Shown here one piece after another: positions 54,496-64,000 of a stretch of DNA of 64,000 bases (positions within the stretch are counted from its first letter, which is position 1; each line of letters starts with the position of its first letter). A program made the translations under genes and the position numbers. This DNA comes from Lytechinus pictus (taxonomy: Eukaryota), in contig NC_087251.1 of the NCBI RefSeq assembly GCF_037042905.1, positions 6,884,001-6,948,000 of the forward strand. The letters are read 5' to 3'. The notes under the pieces were generated by a model. The model had not been told where the DNA came from, searched no databases, and worked only from the letters and a program-made list of their open reading frames with translations.

Positions 54496-55242
54496 CTAGA
54501 TTTTAATTCGTCATGCGGACGAATTAGGTGGTCTGTCGTATAGATAGATAAACAGGAAAAAAATATTTAAACAGATATTAGATTGAAAAATAGATAGACA
54601 AACAGATTTACATAATCAAACAGATACATACAAGAAAGATAATTATATTAGATGGATGGAGTGATGGATGGAGAGATAATTATAGGTGGTTATATTAATA
54701 AAACATAGACATATATAGATAGATATGGAGAGACAGACATATAGATAGAGAGACAGACATATAGATAGATAGAGAGACAGACTTATAGATAGAGAGATAG
54801 ATTGATAGATATATAGATATATAGATAGATAGAGAGATGATTGGTGGTTATATTAATAAAACATATATAAAGATATAGATAGAAAGAGAGACAGACAGAT
54901 AGATAGATAGACAGATAGATAGACAGACATATATATAGATAGAGAGACAGACATATCATGAAGCTATTACGAGCTATCTCGTAATAGCTTCATGCTGCGT
55001 GGTCCTATCGCGTTATGTAAGCGGGCTCTAACTTTCGCCTGGCGGCTCGCCAATTGATGTTAGATATCGTTCCTTCGCCCGAAGGAAGCGATAACAAAGG
55101 ATTAAGAGAGAAATTGGAAGATGGTTCTCCTTCTCGTGATAGCTTCATGGATAGATAGACAGACATATAGATAGACAAACATATAGATAGACAGAGAATC
55201 AGAAATATAGATAGATAGAGAGACAGACATATAGATAGATAT

Positions 55243-55287
<45 letters not shown>

Positions 55288-57862
55288 CATATAGATAGAT
55301 ACAGAGACAGACATATAGATTGATAGAGATCGAGACAGAGATAGATAGAGAGACAGACATATAGATGAATAGAGAGACAGACATATAGATAGATAGATAG
55401 ATAGACAGATAGATAGATAGATAGAGAGACAGACAGACAGATAGATAGATAGATATATAGATAGATAGATAGATAGAGACAGGCAGATGGATGGATAGAT
55501 AGATAGACATATCTAAACAGATAGATACATATATATTAGACAGAGAGAGAGAGAGAGAGATAAACAGACAGATAGATATACAATGTAGGTAGATAGACAG
55601 ACAGACATATGGATAGATAGAGAGAGAGGGACGTATTCAAACAGAAAGATATATATTAGACAGAGAGATAGATATGTCATGTAGGTAGATAGACAGACAG
55701 ATAAATAGATATGATATAAAAAAGTAATTATAATCTGTTTTATTTTGCAATATTTTAGCTATTATTTGTTAGAATTCTTATAATTGATCGTGGGCAAGAT
55801 AGCTAAAAAAAAAAAAAAAAAAAAAAAAATCATGTTCACCCGCGGACTCGAACCCCTGCCTGCATGATGGAATGAGAAGTAAGTCTGACGCCTAACCGAT
55901 TGAGCTAGAATATTTCCCATAGACTTAACACGTAAGCAAAACACCAGAATCTCAAATCCAATCTTGCAAGTGAATTACGGGCATGATCCCGACATCTGAT
56001 CGGAAAATGAAGGAAACGCAACCGAAAGCTTAGAATCTCAGCTACAACATACTAAAAGCTCAGGGATAACTAGCAACAAAAATTGGAGATATGGCTTACG
56101 AAATAGAAGAATGTAGAATCTAGTTTTGAGAAAAAGTCATGTCCCATAGAGATTACACGCAAAATGAGTAAAAATGACATGCCATTATTATTTGCAATTT
56201 TTGAGGATGATTTGTCTATCAAAATGAAAAATAAAGGCAATAACTCAGAAAGAGTAAGAACTAAGCTACAACATATCAAAAATTGGGTGAAAATTGACCA
56301 ATATTCACGGAGTTAGAGCAAGATTTGCATAATTATAATGACGTCATAATAGGCAAAATGGATTTTTTGAATTCCGACGCCATTTTGATGACGTCATAAT
56401 ATAATTGAGGGTCAAATGAGACATGAAATTATATCTCTAGTTCATACTCTATCAAAATATGAAAAAAAAATTGGGGGTCCCCATGCGTTCTGAAGAGCTA
56501 CAGCGGATTTTCTATAGGCATGTTTTTGCCCATATATGGCCTATAGTGAGAGCTCGCGCGCACACGTGCTGCAAACTTTAACGGGTGTTAATTTCCTTAT
56601 TAATGGTCGTAGAAGGTTGATCAAGGTATCAAATTGCTCAAAATTATATGATCAATGCAATGAAATAAAAAAAACGGTGTTTCTGAGTTGCATTCAAGGC
56701 GTTACGCGCGGAAACGCGCGCGCAATTTTTTGAAATGCTTAAAATGACCTAAAACGTACTCTGTTTTGGTCAAAAAGTGATTTTTAGCATTTTAAAATTT
56801 TGACGCGCGCGTACGCGCGCGTCGTGACCTTCAGGTGACCTTTGATGACATGACCTGATGACCCTTGATCTGAAGTTTATGTCATGTGAATTTGATTTAT
56901 TTTTGATAATTGATAATGGAGATATGATTGATAATGTGATTTTACAAAATGGCGTCTAGATGACGTCATGATGACGTCATGACATTAAGATTCTTGCAGA
57001 ATTGAGGTCTTATTGATGTTGATATGTGGTGATATTTTGATGATTATTGAATATGAACTTTCTGAGATTTGCTGTCCACAAGAAATGGAGGAAATAAAAA
57101 TAAGAAATAATAAACTAGATTTTAATTCGTCATGCGGACGAATTAGGTGGTCTGTCGTATAGATAGATAAACAGGAAAAAAATATTTAAACAGATATTAG
57201 ATTGAAAAATAGATAGACAAACAGATTTACATAATCAAACAGATACATACAAGAAAGATAATTATATTAGATGGATGGAGTGATGGATGGAGAGATAAAT
57301 TATAGGTGGTTATATTAATAAAACATAGACATATATAGATAGATATGGAGAGACAGACATATAGATAGAGAGACAGACATATAGATAGATAGAGAGACAG
57401 ACTTATAGATAGAGAGATAGATTGATAGATATATAGATATATAGATAGATAGAGAGATGATTGGTGGTTATATTAATAAAACATATATAAACATATAGAT
57501 AGAAAGAGAGACAGACAGATAGATAGATAGACAGATAGATAGACAGACATATATATAGATAGAGAGACAGACATATCATGAAGCTATTACGAGCTATCTC
57601 GTAATAGCTTCATGCTGCGTGGTCCTATCGCGTTATGTAAGCGGGCTCTAACTTTCGCCTGGCGGCTCGCCAATTGATGTTAGATATCGTTCCTTCGCCC
57701 GAAGGAAGCGATAACAAAGGATTAAGAGAGAAATTGGAAGATGGTTCTCCTTCTCGTGATAGCTTCATGGATAGATAGACAGACATATAGATAGACAAAC
57801 ATATAGATAGACAGAGAGACAGAAATATAGATAGATAGAGAGACAGACATATAGATAGATAT

Positions 57863-57899
<37 letters not shown>

Positions 57900-60486
57900 C
57901 ATATAGATAGATACAGAGACAGACATATAGATTGATAGAGATCGAGACAGAGATAGATAGAGAGACAGACATATAGATGAATAGAGAGACAGACATATAG
58001 ATAGATAGATAGATAGATAGACAGATAGATAGATAGATAGAGAGACAGACAGACAGATAGATAGATAGATATATAGATAGATAGATAGATAGAGACAGGC
58101 AGATGGATGGATAGATAGATAGACATATCTAAACAGATAGATACATATATATTAGACAGAGAGAGAGAGAGAGAGATAAACAGACAGATAGATATACAAT
58201 GTAGGTAGATAGACAGACAGACATATGGATAGATAGAGAGAGAGGGACGTATTCAAACAGAAAGATATATATTAGACAGAGAGATAGATATGTCATGTAG
58301 GTAGATAGACAGACAGATAAATAGATATGATATAAAAAAGTAATTATAATCTGTTTTATTTTGCAATATTTTAGCTATTATTTGTTAGAATTCTTATAAT
58401 TGATCGTGGGCAAGATAGCTAAAAAAAAAAAAAAAAAAAAAAAATCATGTTCACCCGCGGACTCAAACCCCTGCCTGCATGATGGAATGAGAAATAAGTC
58501 TGACGCCTAACCGATTGAGCTAGAATATTTCCCATAGACTTAACACGTAAGCAAAACACCAGAATCTCAAATCCAATCTTGCAAGTGAATTACGGGCATG
58601 ATCCCGACATCTGATCGGAAAATGAAGGAAACGCAACCGAAAGCTTAGAATCTCAGCTACAACATACTAAAAGCTCAGGGATAACTAGCGACAAAAATTG
58701 GAGATATGGCTTACGAAATAGAAGAATGTAGAATCTAGTTTTGAGAAAAAGTCATGTCCCATAGAGATTACACGCAAAATGAGTAAAAATGACATGCCAT
58801 TATTATTTGCAATTTTTGAGGATGATTTGTCTATCAAAATGAAAAATAAAGGCAATAACTCAGAAAGAGTAAGAACTAAGCTACAACATATCAAAAATTG
58901 GGTGAAAATTGACCAATATTCACGGAGTTAGAGCAAGATTTGCATAATTATAATGACGTCATAATAGGCAAAATGGATTTTTTGAATTCCGACGCCATTT
59001 TGATGACGTCATAATATAATTGAGGGTCAAATGAGACATGAAATTATATCTCTAGTTCATACTCTATCAAAATATGAAAAAAAAATTGGGGGTCCCCATG
59101 CGTTCTGAAGAGCTACAGCGGATTTTCTATAGGCATGTTTTTGCCCATATATGGCCTATAGTGAGAGCTCGCGCGCACACGTGCTGCAAACTTTAACGGG
59201 TGTTAATTTCCTTATTAATGGTCGTAGAAGGTTGATCAAGGTATCAAATTGCTCAAAATTATATGATCAATGCAATGAAATAAAAAAAACGGTGTTTCTG
59301 AGTTGCATTCAAGGCGTTACGCGCGGAAACGCGCGCGCATACGTTTGCGCGCGCAATTTTTTGAAATGCTTAAAATGACCTAAAACGTACTCTGTTTTGG
59401 TCAAAAAGTGATTTTTAGCATTTTAAAATTTTGACGCGCGCGTCGTGACCTTCAGGTGACCTTTGATGACATGACCTGATGACCCTTGATCTGAAGTTTA
59501 TGTCATGTGAATTTGATTTATTTTTGATAATTGATAATGGAGATATGATTGATAATGTGATTTTACAAAATGGCGTCTAGATGACGTCATGATGACGTCA
59601 TGACATTAAGATTCTTGCAGAATTGAGGTCTTATTGATGTTGATATGTGGTGATATTTTGATGATTATTGAATATGAACTTTCTGAGATTTGCTGTCCAC
59701 AAGAAATGGAGGAAATAAAAATAAGAAATAAGAATAAACTAGATTTTAATTCGTCATGCGGACGAATTAGGTGGTCTGTCGTATAGATAGATAAACAGGA
59801 AAAAAATATTTAAACAGATATTAGATTGAAAAATAGATAGACAAACAGATTTACATAATCAAACAGATACATACAAGAAAGATAATTATATTAGATGGAT
59901 GGAGTGATGGATGGAGAGATAAATTATAGGTGGTTATATTAATAAAACATAGACATATATAGATAGATATAGAGAGACAGACATATAGATAGAGAGACAG
60001 ACATATAGATAGATAGAGAGACAGACTTATAGATAGAGAGATAGATTGATAGATATATAGATATATAGATAGATAGAGAGATGATTGGTGGTTATATTAA
60101 TAAAACATATATAAACATATAGATAGAAAGAGAGACAGACAGATAGATAGATAGACAGATAGATAGACAGACATATATATAGATAGAGAGACAGACATAT
60201 CATGAAGCTATTACGAGCTATCTCGTAATAGCTTCATGCTGCGTGGTCCTATCGCGTTATGTAAGCGGGCTCTAACTTTCGCCTGGCGGCTCGCCAATTG
60301 ATGTTAGATATCGTTCCTTCGCCCGAAGGAAGCGATAACAAAGGATTAAGAGAGAAATTGGAAGATGGTTCTCCTTCTCGTGATAGCTTCATGGATAGAT
60401 AGACAGACATATAGATAGACAAACATATAGATAGACAGAGAATCAGAAATATAGATAGATAGAGAGACAGACATATAGATAGATAT

Positions 60487-60539
<53 letters not shown>

Positions 60540-63136
60540 CATATAGATAGATACAGAGACAGACATATAGATTGATAGAGATCGAGACAGAGATAGATAG
60601 AGAGACAGACATATAGATGAATAGAGAGACAGACATATAGATAGATAGATAGATAGATAGACAGATAGATAGATAGATAGAGAGACAGACAGACAGATAG
60701 ATAGATAGATATATAGATAGATAGATAGATAGAGACAGGCAGATGGATGGATAGATAGATAGACATATCTAAACAGATAGATACATATATATTAGACAGA
60801 GAGAGAGAGAGAGAGATAAACAGACAGATAGATATACAATGTAGGTAGATAGACAGACAGACATATGGATAGATAGAGAGAGAGGGACGTATTCAAACAG
60901 AAAGATATATATTAGACAGAGAGATAGATATGTCATGTAGGTAGATAGACAGACAGATAAATAGATATGATATAAAAAAGTAATTATAATCTGTTTTATT
61001 TTGCAATATTTTAGCTATTATTTGTTAGAATTCTTATAATTGATCGTGGGCAAGATAGCTAAAAAAAAAAAAAAAAAAAAAAAATCATGTTCACCCGCGG
61101 ACTCGAACCCCTGCCTGCATGATGGAATGAGAAATAAGTCTGACGCCTAACCGATTGAGCTAGAATATTTCCCATAGACTTAACACGTAAGCAAAACACC
61201 AGAATCTCAAATCCAATCTTGCAAGTGAATTACGGGCATGATCCCGACATCTGATCGGAAAATGAAGGAAACGCAACCGAAAGCTTAGAATCTCAGCTAC
61301 AACATACTAAAAGCTCAGGGATAACTAGCAACAAAAATTGGAGATATGGCTTACGAAATAGAAGAATGTAGAATCTAGTTTTGAGAAAAAGTCATGTCCC
61401 ATAGAGATTACACGCAAAATGAGTAAAAATGACATGCCATTATTATTTGCAATTTTTGAGGATGATTTGTCTATCAAAATGAAAAATAAAGGCAATAACT
61501 CAGAAAGAGTAAGAACTAAGCTACAACATATCAAAAATTGGGTGAAAATTGACCAATATTCACGGAGTTAGAGCAAGATTTGCATAATTATAATGACGTC
61601 ATAATAGGCAAAATGGATTTTTTGAATTCCGACGCCATTTTGATGACGTCATAATATAATTGAGGGTCAAATGAGACATGAAATTATATCTCTAGTTCAT
61701 ACTCTATCAAAATATGAAAAAAAAATTGGGGGTCCCCATGCGTTCTGAAGAGCTACAGCGGATTTTCTATAGGCATGTTTTTGCCCATATATGGCCTATA
61801 GTGAGAGCTCGCGCGCACACGTGCTGCAAACTTTAACGGGTGTTAATTTCCTTATTAATGGTCGTAGAAGGTTGATCAAGGTATCAAATTGCTCAAAATT
61901 ATATGATCAATGCAATGAAATAAAAAAAACGGTGTTTCTGAGTTGCATTCAAGGCGTTACGCGCGGAAACGCGCGCGCATACGTTTGCGCGCGCAATTTT
62001 TTGAAATGCTTAAAATGACCTAAAACGTACTCTGTTTTGGTCAAAAAGTGATTTTTAGCATTTTAAAATTTTGACGCGCGCGTACGCGCGCGTCGTGACC
62101 TTCAGGTGACCTTTGATGACATGACCTGATGACCCTTGATCTGAAGTTTATGTCATGTGAATTTGATTTATTTTTGATAATTGATAATGGAGATATGATT
62201 GATAATGTGATTTTACAAAATGGCGTCTAGATGACGTCATGATGACGTCATGACATTAAGATTCTTGCAGAATTGAGGTCTTATTGATGTTGATATGTGG
62301 TGATATTTTGATGATTATTGAATATGAACTTTCTGAGATTTGCTGTCCACAAGAAATGGAGGAAATAAAAATAAGAAATAAGAATAAACTAGATTTTAAT
62401 TCGTCATGCGGACGAATTAGGTGGTCTGTCGTATAGATAGATAAACAGGAAAAAAATATTTAAACAGATATTAGATTGAAAAATAGATAGACAAACAGAT
62501 TTACATAATCAAACAGATACATACAAGAAAGATAATTATATTAGATGGATGGAGTGATGGATGGAGAGATAAATTATAGGTGGTTATATTAATAAAACAT
62601 AGACATATATAGATAGATATAGAGAGACAGACATATAGATAGAGAGACAGACATATAGATAGATAGAGAGACAGACTTATAGATAGAGAGATAGATTGAT
62701 AGATATATAGATATATAGATAGATAGAGAGATGATTGGTGGTTATATTAATAAAACATATATAAACATATAGATAGAAAGAGAGACAGACAGATAGATAG
62801 ATAGACAGATAGATAGACAGACATATATATAGATAGAGAGACAGACATATCATGAAGCTATTACGAGCTATCTCGTAATAGCTTCATGCTGCGTGGTCCT
62901 ATCGCGTTATGTAAGCGGGCTCTAACTTTCGCCTGGCGGCTCGCCAATTGATGTTAGATATCGTTCCTTCGCCCGAAGGAAGCGATAACAAAGGATTAAG
63001 AGAGAAATTGGAAGATGGTTCTCCTTCTCGTGATAGCTTCATGGATAGATAGACAGACATATAGATAGACAAACATATAGATAGACAGAGAGACAGAAAT
63101 ATAGATAGATAGAGAGACAGACATATAGATGGATAT

Positions 63137-63173
<37 letters not shown>

Positions 63174-64000
63174 CATATAGATAGATACAGAGACAGACAT
63201 ATAGATTGATAGAGATCGAGACAGAGATAGATAGAGAGACAGACATATAGATGAATAGAGAGACAGACATATAGATAGATAGATAGATAGATAGACAGAT
63301 AGATAGATAGATAGAGAGACAGACAGACAGATAGATAGATAGATATATAGATAGATAGATAGATAGAGACAGGCAGATGGATGGATAGATAGATAGACAT
63401 ATCTAAACAGATAGATACATATATATTAGACAGAGAGAGAGAGAGAGAGATAAACAGACAGATAGATATACAATGTAGGTAGATAGACAGACAGACATAT
63501 GGATAGATAGAGAGAGAGGGACGTATTCAAACAGAAAGATATATATTAGACAGAGAGATAGATATGTCATGTAGGTAGATAGACAGACAGATAAATAGAT
63601 ATGATATAAAAAAGTAATTATAATCTGTTTTATTTTGCAATATTTTAGCTATTATTTGTTAGAATTCTTATAATTGATCGTGGGCAAGATAGCTAAAAAA
63701 AAAAAAAAAAAAAAAAAAATCATGTTCACCCGCGGACTCGAACCCCTGCCTGCATGATGGAATGAGAAGTAAGTCTGACGCCTAACCGATTGAGCTAGAA
63801 TATTTCCCATAGACTTAACACGTAAGCAAAACACAAGAATCTCAAATCCAATCTTGCCAGTGAATTACGGGCATGATCCCGACATCTGATCGGAAAATGA
63901 AGGGAACGCAACCGAAAGCTTAGAATCTCAGCTACAACATACTAAAAGCTCAGGGATAACTAGCAACAAAAATTGGAGATATGGCTTACGAAATAGAAGA
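54496..64000 (-). repeat. Head-to-tail tandem array of ~2.6-kb Helitron/Helentron-like units (3 full + 1 partial; continues beyond the window)
   Basis: Unit starts CTAGATTTTAATTCGTCATGCGGACGAATT at 54496, 57115, 59739, 62389 (lengths 2619, 2624, 2650); near-identical units; ~1.2 kb of GATA/GACA microsatellite per unit. Confidence 0.95.
55831..55908 (-). other. tRNA-like Pol III promoter cassette in the array unit (also ~58446-58523, ~61086-61163, ~63721-63798; related copy ~42733-42803)
   Basis: TAGCTCAATCGG (A box), GGTTCGAGTCC (B box), then a ~25-nt T run; no canonical acceptor stem, so not a true tRNA gene. Confidence 0.55.

Noticed and set aside
54957..55149. Hammerhead ribozyme in the structured insert
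   Set aside because: No CUGANGA core on either strand by eye; other ribozyme classes were not tested.
55831..55908. Functional tRNA gene
   Set aside because: A and B boxes are present, but I cannot fold an acceptor stem or a regular anticodon arm.
56070..62018. Recurrent 65-75-aa ORFs in array units as a mobilisation protein
   Set aside because: Short, not preserved in the solo relative, and lacking HUH/Rep or helicase motifs.
55102..63400. Repeated 'SIYLSIYL' ORFs
   Set aside because: Translations of the (GATA)n microsatellite, not proteins.

Overview
AT-rich eukaryotic (animal) genomic DNA; the repeat content resembles an echinoderm such as a sea urchin, but that is inference only. The window holds three main things. 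(1) The first coding exon and promoter of a RhoU/RhoV-type atypical Rho GTPase (minus strand; the gene runs off the left edge). (2) A head-to-tail segmental duplication (~14.1-34.2 kb and ~35.8-50.1 kb) carrying two minus-strand ABHD12-like alpha/beta-hydrolase genes, which I assembled exon by exon. The left copy is complete (12 coding exons, 374 aa) but has substitutions clustered at the conserved HGN, HR and GHSLGTG motifs. The right copy keeps the canonical motifs but lacks the homologous exon 1. (3) From 54.5 kb to the end, a tandem array of ~2.6-kb Helitron/Helentron-like non-autonomous units. Each unit carries a GATA microsatellite, a 193-bp structured insert and a tRNA-like Pol III cassette. 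There are also many non-autonomous transposons, several confirmed by an empty site in the paralogous copy, including a 3.2-kb foldback element just downstream of the left ABHD12 stop codon. Most short ORFs in the supplied track are spurious.
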